The position numbers and the translations under genes are program-made. A DNA stretch of 64,000 nt from an uncultured Dehalococcoidia bacterium (GTDB lineage Bacteria; Chloroflexota; Dehalococcoidia; Bin125): positions 8,851 to 72,850 of the forward strand of contig CAYFZI010000002.1 in NCBI GenBank assembly GCA_964347635.1, read 5' to 3'. Numbering within the stretch: the first letter of the stretch is position 1; the number at the start of each line of letters is the position of its first letter. The notes under the pieces were generated by a model, which was given only the letters and a program-made list of their open reading frames with translations, had not been told where the DNA came from and did not search any database. Of this stretch, positions 37,570 through 45,536 are shown in pieces.

Positions 37570-38280
37570 ATGGATGCCGCCGATTTCGAGCTGGTTCACC
37601 TGCCCGGCGGGCGCTTCGTGATGGGCTCAGATCGTGATCGCCGCGACGAAGCGCCTGCGCACGCGGTTTCGCTCGCTGCGTTCCGCGCGGCGCGCCGCCC
37701 AGTTACGAATGAACAGTACGCGCGTTACATCGAGAGCAGCGCCGCTGTGCCGCCGCCGTTCTGGGCGCTGGACGGCTTTTGTGCCCCCGATCTGCCTGTT
37801 GTCGGTGTGTCCTGGTACGACGCTGCGGCGTTCTGCGACTGGCTTAGTGATCGCCTCGGCGCGCGCATTCGGCTGCCGACCGAGGCGGAGCGCGAGTACG
37901 CTGCGCGCGGCGGGATCGACGGCGCGCGCTGGCCTGAACCCGGCGAGGGCTGGCCGAACGCGGACGTCCGCCGCAGCGTCGCCGCAGCTGCTGCGCCGCA
38001 CATTCCGCATTCCGCATGCCGCAACCGATTCGGTCTGTACTGCATGGCTGACAACGTGCACGAATGGTGCAGCGATTGGTACGACCGCTCATGGTATGAA
38101 CAGTCGCCGCGGGACGCTCCGAGCGGCCCGCAGCGGGGCCGCCGCCGCACCAGCCGGGGCGGTTCATGGCGGCATCGGATCAAGTTCACGCGCGTATCGG
38201 CGCGCTCCAGCCTGCCGCCGAGCTATCGGTATAACGACTACGGCTTCCGCGTCTACGCCGACGCCGATGAGGAGGGCTGA
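37570..38280 (+). CDS. FGE-sulfatase (SUMF1/EgtB C-terminal) domain protein lacking the FGE catalytic Cys pair
   Basis: FVMGSD...PAH.V.L..F...R.PVTN.QY, GVSWYDAAAFCDWL, RLPTEAEREYAARGG and DNVHEWCSDWY motifs. No CxxxxC follows the RGGSW segment. Confidence 0.7.
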   Translation: MDAADFELVHLPGGRFVMGSDRDRRDEAPAHAVSLAAFRAARRPVTNEQYARYIESSAAVPPPFWALDGFCAPDLPVVGVSWYDAAAFCDWLSDRLGARIRLPTEAEREYAARGGIDGARWPEPGEGWPNADVRRSVAAAAAPHIPHSACRNRFGLYCMADNVHEWCSDWYDRSWYEQSPRDAPSGPQRGRRRTSRGGSWRHRIKFTRVSARSSLPPSYRYNDYGFRVYADADEEG

Positions 38281-38281
38281 G

Positions 38282-39280
38282 ATGCCAATTCGCACTACGG
38301 CGGTCGGATCTTGGCCGATTCCATTTGGCCAGCGCCTCGAGCTCAAGCGTTATTACGCCGGTGAGTACTCCGATGAAGAGGCGTACGGCGTGCTGCAGGC
38401 CGCCGCACGGATCGCGATGGACGAGCAGATCGCCTGCGGCCTCGATCAGATTATGGGCGGCGAGGTTTTTGCGCCCGATTTTCTGCATCACATCCCGCCG
38501 CGCCTGGACGGCCTCAACACGCTGAAGCCGCGCCTGGCATCGGCCGGCCAGCAGGGCGTCGGCGTGTACGAAGTGGTTGGGAAAGTCAGCGCGCCGCGGG
38601 GCACCGGGCATGCCAAAGCGTACCGGCGCGAGCTTGCGATCGAGCCGACGCTGGACAAAGCTTCGGTGCCTTCGCCGCTCACGATTGGCGGAGGCTTTCG
38701 CGCAGCTGAAGGTTCTCAGCACCTCGCGGATCTGGTCGAAATCGTGCAGGACGAGGTCGCCGATATGGCCGCCGCCGGGCTCGCGGAGCTGCAGCTCGAT
38801 GCCCCCGCCGAGGCGATCGGGCTGGTCTCCGGCAGCCGTACCGTCGAGGACTTACTGCCGCTGATCGCCGAGCCGCTCGCGCCGGCCGCCGGGCTGCGCC
38901 GCACCGTCCACTTCTGCCTCGGCGATATCGCCCGCAAGCCGTCGATCGAGGTGCAGAATCTGCGCGCCCTGCTGCCGCTGCTGCAGGCGCTCGAGGGCCG
39001 CGTCGAGCGCGTTCACGTTGAGTGCTCCTACAGCGGGCAGTGGGAGGATCGCGCCCTGCTCGCCGAGCTGCCCGAATCGATCGAGGTGATCGCCGGTATC
39101 GCCGACGTCAAATCCAAGCCGGCCAGTGTCACTGAGCTGCGCGGGAAGATCGACGCCCTGCGCGCGGTGATCCCCGATCAGCGGCTGCTCGTCTCCTCTT
39201 CCTGCGGCTGCGGGCGGGTCCCGCACGATGAGGCGATTCGGCTGATGCGCAACCTGGTCAAGGCGGCGCAGAGCGTCTAG
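38282..39280 (+). CDS. Cobalamin-independent methionine synthase (MetE C-terminal / UROD-like) family protein
   Basis: TTAVGSWP...QIMGGEVF...HFCLGD...VECSYSG pattern of the MetE C-terminal-domain family. ATG is 1 nt after the FGE-like stop. Confidence 0.65.
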   Translation: MPIRTTAVGSWPIPFGQRLELKRYYAGEYSDEEAYGVLQAAARIAMDEQIACGLDQIMGGEVFAPDFLHHIPPRLDGLNTLKPRLASAGQQGVGVYEVVGKVSAPRGTGHAKAYRRELAIEPTLDKASVPSPLTIGGGFRAAEGSQHLADLVEIVQDEVADMAAAGLAELQLDAPAEAIGLVSGSRTVEDLLPLIAEPLAPAAGLRRTVHFCLGDIARKPSIEVQNLRALLPLLQALEGRVERVHVECSYSGQWEDRALLAELPESIEVIAGIADVKSKPASVTELRGKIDALRAVIPDQRLLVSSSCGCGRVPHDEAIRLMRNLVKAAQSV

Positions 39281-39313
39281 CAGTAACGCGCCGGCAGCAG
39301 CTGCCAGCAGCAG

Positions 39314-40114
39314 CTAGTAGTAAATCCCGCGCCCGACGCCGCCGCCGGCGGCGATCGTGTCGCCGTTGATTGCGATCGACTTCGGCGAGGCCAGGAAGGC
39401 GGCGATCGCGGCGATATCTTCGGACTCGATGATCTGCCGAACCGAGTTGCCCGCGGCCATGCGGGCTTCGGCCTCCGCTTCCGTAACGGCGGCCGCATGG
39501 GCCAGCTCCGCGATCCGCTCGGGCGTGGCCTCGGTGCGGGTCAGGCCGGGGTGCACCACGGTCACGTTGATGCCGTCGGGGCCCAGCTCATCGGCGAGGT
39601 TTTTGGTCATCGCGGCGACGGAGACGTTGCGAATGCTGCCGACCGTGTTGCCGCTGCCGCGCGCCGCCAGCCCCGAAATGTTGATGATCCGCCCCCAGCC
39701 GGCGCGCTGCATATACGGCGCGGCCTCGCGCGCGCAGCGCAGGTAGCCGATCACCTTCACGTTGATATCGGCCAGCACGATCTCGTCGGTGAGCTCGGCC
39801 AGCGGCTTCGGTCCGTAGACGCTGCCGGGCGAGGCGGCGTTGTTGACCAGGATATCGAGCCCGCCCAGCGCCGCAGCGGCGCCGGCAACCATCGCCCGCA
39901 CCGAAGCGTCGTCCGACATTTCGACGCTGAACGTGTGCACGGTGCGCCCTATGGTGGCGCCGATCTGCGCGGCCGCGGCCGCCAGCCGCTCTGGGTCGCG
40001 CGCGGCGATCGCCAGCTCGCAGCCCTCGCGCGCCAGCTCCAGCGCGATCGCCTTGCCGATCCCTCGGCTGCCGCCCGTAACCAACGCCCGCTTGCCTGCG
40101 AGTTCCAGGTCCAT
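39314..40114 (-). CDS. SDR family oxidoreductase
   Basis: ALVTGGSRGIGKAIA, NNAAS and Y/K motifs. Confidence 0.8.
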   Translation of the reverse strand: MDLELAGKRALVTGGSRGIGKAIALELAREGCELAIAARDPERLAAAAAQIGATIGRTVHTFSVEMSDDASVRAMVAGAAAALGGLDILVNNAASPGSVYGPKPLAELTDEIVLADINVKVIGYLRCAREAAPYMQRAGWGRIINISGLAARGSGNTVGSIRNVSVAAMTKNLADELGPDGINVTVVHPGLTRTEATPERIAELAHAAAVTEAEAEARMAAGNSVRQIIESEDIAAIAAFLASPKSIAINGDTIAAGGGVGRGIYY

Positions 40115-40152
40115 GCGCTGCCTCTTTCCCGCGGCCGGCCGGCCTCCCGCTG

Positions 40153-40809
40153 TCAGCCGGCGCCGTTTGTGATCGTTCGCTCCGCGGGTGGCTTGAGAAA
40201 CTCCGCTTCGCTCAGCGGCGCGCCGCTGAGCGCCGCCTCGACCACACGGCCCTGCTCCAGCACCACCCGCTGCGCGCGGCCCGGGTTGCGCCGTCCGGGC
40301 GTGGGCCCCAGCGCGAAAATCTCGGCCTCAACGCGGCCGGCGCCGATCGTCAGGCGGCCGAGCGTGCCGAGCCGCGTCGAGAGATGATGGGGCAGCGAGG
40401 GGCTGCCGGGGTTGATCAGCAGCACGCCGTCGCGGTACTCGAGCCGCTCCACGTGCGTGTCGCCGCCGATCAGCACGTCCACAGGCTCGCCGCCCAGCGC
40501 GGTGCGCCGAATCTCTGCGATCGGGCGCGACTCGGGGCGCAGCTCGTGCGCCATGCCGATGCGCAGGCCGTCGACATCGACGAACTGCCGCTCGCGCAGC
40601 CGCGCGTCATCGAAGATGTCGTTGTTGCCGCGCGCGGCCAGCACCGGCGCGAACTGCTCGCACCAGTCGAGCACGCCCGCCACCGTCACATCGCCGCCGT
40701 GCAGGATGAGGTCCACGCCGGCCAGCGCCTCGCCGGCCTGAGGGCCCAGCTGATCGAGCGAGTGCAGCAGCTGCGGCAGGTGGGTGTCCGAGATCAGGCC
40801 GATCTGCAT
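40153..40809 (-). CDS. Metallophosphoesterase (YfcE-like phosphodiesterase)
   Basis: GLISDTH, GD, GNND, GDTH and GS calcineurin-like metal-binding motifs. Confidence 0.75.
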   Translation of the reverse strand: MQIGLISDTHLPQLLHSLDQLGPQAGEALAGVDLILHGGDVTVAGVLDWCEQFAPVLAARGNNDIFDDARLRERQFVDVDGLRIGMAHELRPESRPIAEIRRTALGGEPVDVLIGGDTHVERLEYRDGVLLINPGSPSLPHHLSTRLGTLGRLTIGAGRVEAEIFALGPTPGRRNPGRAQRVVLEQGRVVEAALSGAPLSEAEFLKPPAERTITNGAG

Positions 40810-40932
40810 CGGCGCAGGTTAGGGCCGCCGCCGATCAGCGCGCAATCACGTGCGGCGCGCCATAGGCCGACGGCGCTCTAACCTGTGCGGCAACCGCAAC
40901 ACAGGCAAACTACACAGGCAGGGAGGTCGAAG

Positions 40933-42117
40933 ATGGCACAGGAGCGCGTCGCCGCGATCGCTGGAATTCACGAGTACCCGCTGCGCGTCGCGCCGGGCGT
41001 CTCGTCGATGCAGATCAAAGCCGAATCGATGAAGCAAGCGCTCGACGACGCGGGGCTGAGCTGGGGCGATGTGGACGGCCTCTACGACGCGCTGGACGGC
41101 GAGGGCGGCGGCGGTCTCGGCCTCGCCGCCTACCTGGGGATTCAGCCGCGCATGATCGATACCACGCAGGTCGGCGGCTCGTCCTACGAGTTCCATGCCT
41201 CGCACGCGCTGCGCGATATCGCGGCCGGGCGCTGCGACGTGGCGGTCACGACCTATGGCTCGACCGCCGCCTCGATGCGCGTCCCGATCGGCACCGGCGG
41301 CCTCGGCCGCGGCGGCGCGTCTTGGCAGCAGAACATGGAGTCGCCCTACGGTTCGACGCTGATCGCGAACTACGCGATGGTCGCGCACCGCCACATGCAC
41401 GACTACGGCACGACCACCGAGCAGCTCGCCCAGATCTCCGTCGCCACGCGCAAGCACGCGATGCGCAACCCCGAGGCGGTCCAGGCGATGACCGATCTGC
41501 AGTTCGTCAAGGTCGACGAGATCAGCGTTGAGGACGTGCTTGAATCGCGGATCGTGGCCGACCCGCTGCATCTGCTCGAGTGCTGCATGATTTCGGACGG
41601 CGGCGGCGCGGCGGTCTTCGTCTCCGCCGATGTCGCGCGCGACATCAAGAAGAAGCCGGTCTGGATCATCGGCTCCGGCGAGGCGACCAAGTACCGCGAG
41701 AACGGCGGCGACATCACGATCAGCGCCGGCGCGCAGAGCGGCCCGGCCGCCTTCGCTCAGGCCGGCGTCAGCCCGGACGAGATCGATATCGCGATGATCT
41801 ACGACTCGTTCAGCATCACCGTCGCAGTCTGCCTGGAGGACCTCGGCTTCTGCGCCAAGGGCGAGATCGGCCCCTGGATGGCGGACGGCCACCTGGCCTT
41901 CGACCAGCCGGGCCTCACACTCAACACCGACGGCGGCGGCCTCTCCTCCAACCACCCAGGGATGCGCGGGCTGTTCCTGCTGCTCGAATCGGTGCGGCAG
42001 CTGCGCGGCGAATCGACCGCGCAGGTCGAGGGCGCGAAGCTGGCCGTAGCGCACGGCAACGGCGGCCTGCTCGGCGGCACCCACACCGGCGGCACGGTGA
42101 TCCTCGCCGCCGACTAA
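40933..42117 (+). CDS. Thiolase-like protein (SCP-x / nonspecific lipid-transfer-protein type thiolase)
   Basis: Thiolase-fold sequence with no classical CoA-binding thiolase signature. It is paired with a downstream DUF35 OB-fold protein, as in steroid/branched-lipid side-chain degradation. GGGAGG SD precedes ATG 40933. Confidence 0.75.
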   Translation: MAQERVAAIAGIHEYPLRVAPGVSSMQIKAESMKQALDDAGLSWGDVDGLYDALDGEGGGGLGLAAYLGIQPRMIDTTQVGGSSYEFHASHALRDIAAGRCDVAVTTYGSTAASMRVPIGTGGLGRGGASWQQNMESPYGSTLIANYAMVAHRHMHDYGTTTEQLAQISVATRKHAMRNPEAVQAMTDLQFVKVDEISVEDVLESRIVADPLHLLECCMISDGGGAAVFVSADVARDIKKKPVWIIGSGEATKYRENGGDITISAGAQSGPAAFAQAGVSPDEIDIAMIYDSFSITVAVCLEDLGFCAKGEIGPWMADGHLAFDQPGLTLNTDGGGLSSNHPGMRGLFLLLESVRQLRGESTAQVEGAKLAVAHGNGGLLGGTHTGGTVILAAD

Positions 42118-42210
42118 CGCCGCCGCTCCAGCCTGCACTCCCGTGCAGCTGAACACCGACTGGCCCCCGACCATAGAGTTGTTGAGTCGAATTGTTGAAA
42201 GGCGCCCAGC

Positions 42211-42624
42211 ATGGCCAACCGACCACAGCCCAGCTTCCCCGAGCCGGACACGCAGCACTTCTGGGACGGCTGCAAAGCGGGCGAACTGCGCTACCAGCGC
42301 GACGCCCAGGACAACGTCGTCTTCTACCCCCGCGCACACTCCACCGTCAACGGCGAGAGCGGGCTCAGTTGGCACGTCTCCGCCGGCCGCGGCACGATCT
42401 ACACCTACTCGGTGGTGCGCCAGAACCGGATGCCGGGCTTTCAGGAGCTCGGCGCCTACGCGGTGGCCTACGTCGACCTCGATGAGGGCTTTCGGATGCT
42501 CAGCACGATCGTCGGCGTCGCCGACCCGACCACCGACATCCAGATCGGTCAGCGCGTGCAAGTCGAGTTCGAGGAGCAGGCGGGCGACGACTCCTACCCG
42601 ATCCCCGTCTTCCGCCCGATCTAA
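42211..42624 (+). CDS. DUF35 (rubredoxin-like zinc-ribbon plus OB-fold) protein, thiolase partner
   Basis: Typical DUF35 length (137 aa) and architecture, located immediately after an SCP2-type thiolase. Confidence 0.7.
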   Translation: MANRPQPSFPEPDTQHFWDGCKAGELRYQRDAQDNVVFYPRAHSTVNGESGLSWHVSAGRGTIYTYSVVRQNRMPGFQELGAYAVAYVDLDEGFRMLSTIVGVADPTTDIQIGQRVQVEFEEQAGDDSYPIPVFRPI

Positions 42625-42870
42625 CCCCGTTCGGCGGCGGCGGCGGTTCTCCCCCGCGCGCGGGCGCCCGCCCCGCCCACTCGTGCAGATGCACAGCCTG
42701 AACACTTGTGCTATGTTGGCCGCGAATATGGCCGACCGCACGAACCGATCCCCAGCAGCGCTGACCGCCCCGCGGATCTGCCCGGCCGCCGTCGCTGCGT
42801 ACCCGCTTCGAGTGTCGCTGGGGAGACATGCGCGCCGCCGCCGCCCGCAGGCGCCGTTAGGATTGCGCCG

Positions 42871-43926
42871 ATGGCGTTGAATCCCAACCTTGCTCCCGGC
42901 ATCCCGACGGCGCTGGTCCGCGCGGCCGGCCAGCACGCCGCTGAGCCGGAACTCGCGATCCGCGCCGACAACCTGACCAAGCACTTCGGCGAAATTCACG
43001 CTGTCAACGGCATCCGTCTGCGCGTGCCCGTCGGGCAGGTCTTCGGCTTTCTCGGCCAGAACGGCTCCGGCAAGTCGACCACCGTGCGGATGCTGACGAC
43101 GCTGCTGAAGCCGACAGCCGGGGACGCGCTGGTCGCCGGCCTCGATGTCCGCCGCGAGCCGCGCCAGGTGCGCCAGGCGATCGGCGTCGCGCTGCAGGAA
43201 GCGGGGCTCGACCTGCTCCAGACTGGCCGCGAGCTGCTGCGCCTCTCGGCGCGGCTCTACAACGTGCCCCGCGCCGACATCGAAGCGCGGATCGCCTACC
43301 TGCTCGATGTCGTGGACCTCGCCGGCGACGCCGAGCGCCGCATCGGCGAATACTCTGGCGGGATGCAGCGCCGCCTCGACCTCGCCGCCGCGCTGGTCCA
43401 CAGCCCCCGCCTGATCTTCCTCGACGAACCTACCACCGGCCTGGACCCGGTCAGCCGCCAAAACCTCTGGGAATACATCGAGCGGCTCAACCGCGAGGAC
43501 GGCGTGACCTTCTTCCTGACCACGCAGTACCTCGAAGAGGCCGACCAGCTCTGCGACGAGATCGCGATCCTCGACGCCGGTCTGATCGTCGCTCAGGGCT
43601 CGCCCAAGGCGCTCAAGGACACGGTCTCCGATGATGTGATCTCGTTCGAGGTGAACGGCCGCGGCGAGGGGCGGCGGGCGATCGACGCCGTCGCCGGGCT
43701 GCCGATGGTCGACAATGTCCGCAGCGACGGCGAGATCGGCGTCGCCATCTACACCAAGAGCGGGACCGCTGTCTTTCCAACCGTCGTGCGGGCGTTGGAC
43801 AACGCCGGCCTGGCCTTCGACAACCTGCGGCTCGCGCACGCGACGCTCGACGACGTCTTCTTCCAGGCGACCGGCCACCGTATGGAGCCGCCGAGCACGG
43901 CCGACGGCGCGGAAGGCGGGTCCTGA
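42871..43926 (+). CDS. ABC transporter ATP-binding protein (ABC-2 exporter type)
   Basis: GFLGQNGSGKSTT Walker A, LSGGMQRRLDLAAAL signature, LIFLDEPTTGLD Walker B and a C-terminal extension. The start is ATG 42871; the longer track ORF is not credible. Confidence 0.85.
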   Translation: MALNPNLAPGIPTALVRAAGQHAAEPELAIRADNLTKHFGEIHAVNGIRLRVPVGQVFGFLGQNGSGKSTTVRMLTTLLKPTAGDALVAGLDVRREPRQVRQAIGVALQEAGLDLLQTGRELLRLSARLYNVPRADIEARIAYLLDVVDLAGDAERRIGEYSGGMQRRLDLAAALVHSPRLIFLDEPTTGLDPVSRQNLWEYIERLNREDGVTFFLTTQYLEEADQLCDEIAILDAGLIVAQGSPKALKDTVSDDVISFEVNGRGEGRRAIDAVAGLPMVDNVRSDGEIGVAIYTKSGTAVFPTVVRALDNAGLAFDNLRLAHATLDDVFFQATGHRMEPPSTADGAEGGS

Positions 43927-44831
43927 TGGCGGCCGCCCCCGCGGTCGGCGAGCGCGGCGCAGCCGCCGGCGCCGCGGCGCGCAGCGGGGCCTTCCATGTC
44001 CTCTCCCACTCCCGATTTCTGGCCGCGCGCACGATTCGTGAGTCGCTGCGCCAGCCCGGCGTCGAAATCACCAACGTCTTTATCCCGCTCTTCTTCCTCG
44101 CCGTCTCCACCGCCGCGATCGGCGAGGTCGCCGGGATCGCCTTCAGCGTCGATAACTACCTCGGCTTCCAGCTCCCCGTCGCCGTGCTACAGGCGGTCGC
44201 CGGCTCCTCCAGCGCCTCCGGGATCGCGATCGTCACCGATATGGAACGCGGCTACTTCGACAAGCTGCTGCTCACGCCGGCCTCGCGTTGGTCGCTGATT
44301 ATCGGGCGCGTCGCCGCCGATGCCGTGCGCGCCGTCTTCTTCAGCGCGATCATGCTGATCGCCGCATTGATCTTCGGCTCCGGCATGGTCGCCGGCGTCG
44401 GCGGGGTGCTTGTGATCCTGATCATGGCCGGCATGTTCGGCGCCGCCTACTCCGGGATCGGCATCTTCGTCGCCATGCGCACCGGCAACGCCCAGGCCGC
44501 GCAGGCCAGCTTCCTGCTCTTCTTCCCCTTGCTCTTCATGGCCCCGGCCTTTGCCCCCAAAGAGATCTTCGCCGATTGGCTGCAATGGATCGCCACGATC
44601 AATCCAGTGACCTACATGATGGAGGGCATCCGCGAGCTGGTCCTCGGCAATTACGGCGCTGCGGCCATGGTGGAAGCCGGCGGCGGAAGCCAGCAGGCCG
44701 TCGCCGCCGCGCTCGGCAACGGCTGGGATGCGGAGCGGCTGCTCTGGGCGTTTGTCTCGCTGGCCGGCTTCGGGGCCGTGACGCTCACGATGGCTGTCTT
44801 CGCCCTGCGCCGCCGCGCCGGCTCCGGCTGA
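43926..44831 (+). CDS. ABC-2 type transporter permease
   Basis: Six predicted TM segments. ATG overlaps the ATPase stop (ATGA). Confidence 0.8.
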   Translation: MAAAPAVGERGAAAGAAARSGAFHVLSHSRFLAARTIRESLRQPGVEITNVFIPLFFLAVSTAAIGEVAGIAFSVDNYLGFQLPVAVLQAVAGSSSASGIAIVTDMERGYFDKLLLTPASRWSLIIGRVAADAVRAVFFSAIMLIAALIFGSGMVAGVGGVLVILIMAGMFGAAYSGIGIFVAMRTGNAQAAQASFLLFFPLLFMAPAFAPKEIFADWLQWIATINPVTYMMEGIRELVLGNYGAAAMVEAGGGSQQAVAAALGNGWDAERLLWAFVSLAGFGAVTLTMAVFALRRRAGSG

Positions 44832-44910
44832 GCCGCCCGATCAGCGCGCTGCAGGTTGGTTGCCCCAGCGCGGGCGCACCGCTACGCTCAAACCGCTGCC
44901 CACTCCCCTG

Positions 44911-45345
44911 ATGCTAATGAGGAGCACGCCCGTGAGCTGGTTTGAGCCCCACAAGTCCGTCTCTGCGCACTGCGACCTGCCCTGCGGTGTTTACGACCCT
45001 GCGCAAGCCAAGATCGAAGCGATGTCGGTGCTGAAGGCGATGGAGAAGTACCGCGACTCCAGCGACCACGACTTCAAAGCGCGTTGCCTGCAGATCAAGG
45101 AAGAGCGCGCCGACGAGGTCAAACATCACCTCTGGGTGCTCTGGACCGACTTCTTCAAGCCCCATCACCTCGAGGCCGACGCCGGCATCCACGAGCTGAT
45201 CTGGAACGCCACCAAGGCCGCCGGCGAAGCGAAGAAGACCACCGACCCGGCCAAAGGCCAGGAGCTGATCGACCTCATCGACCAAATCAGCGAAAAGTTC
45301 TGGGCCACCACCGAAGGCCCCGGCGCCGGCGTCTACGCCCCTTAG
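44911..45345 (+). CDS. sodN: Nickel-containing superoxide dismutase (NiSOD) precursor
   Basis: Propeptide ...SVSA followed by the nickel-hook HCDLPCGVYDPAQA that starts the mature protein. An alternative GTG start at 44935 has a GAGGAG SD. Confidence 0.85.
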   Translation: MLMRSTPVSWFEPHKSVSAHCDLPCGVYDPAQAKIEAMSVLKAMEKYRDSSDHDFKARCLQIKEERADEVKHHLWVLWTDFFKPHHLEADAGIHELIWNATKAAGEAKKTTDPAKGQELIDLIDQISEKFWATTEGPGAGVYAP

Positions 45346-45366
45346 CAGGCCTTTCGCGCACCCCTG

Positions 45367-45395
45367 CCCTCTCTCCCTACTTAGGGGGAGAGGGG
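45367..45395. terminator. Hairpin ccctctctccc-tactta-gggggagaggg between sodN (+) and tRNA-Arg (-)
   Basis: Read directly from sequence: an 11-bp stem with one G-T pair. No clear U-tract follows. Confidence 0.3.
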
Positions 45396-45456
45396 TACGT
45401 GCACATGCCCCCTCTGTCTGCACCAAGTATGCCTAGATTGCAGCCGATCGTAAGAG

Positions 45457-45533
45457 TGGCGCCCCTGGGAGGACTCGAACCTCCAGCCTGCGGATTAGAA
45501 GTCCGCTGCTCTGTCCGGTTGAGCTACAGGGGC
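45457..45533 (-). tRNA. tRNA-Arg (anticodon TCT), CCA encoded
   Basis: The reverse complement is GCCCCTGTAGCTCAACCGGACAGAGCAGCGGACTTCTAATCCGCAGGCTGGAGGTTCGAGTCCTCCCAGGGGCGCCA. It forms a cloverleaf with 7-bp acceptor stem, anticodon loop CTTCTAA and T-loop GGTTCGAGTCC. Confidence 0.85.
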
Positions 45534-45536
45534 TGA

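Noticed and set aside
36998-37570. Possible hidden gene in the 445-bp divergent spacer between the SDR and the FGE-like gene (ORFs 37091..37402 -, 36998..37537 +)
   Set aside because: Candidate frames overlap the SDR start or have Pro/Arg/Ala-rich translations with no SD or family motif. The region is better explained as a divergent promoter.
39281-39313. gcagcagctgccagcagcagctag quasi-palindrome between the convergent MetE-like and SDR genes as a terminator
   Set aside because: The stem would have a loop of about 1 nt and no U-tract, so it is too weak to call.
40846-43878. 1010-aa minus-strand ORF spanning the thiolase, DUF35 and ABC ATPase genes
   Set aside because: It is antisense to three genes with clear family motifs, and its composition is a high-GC artefact.
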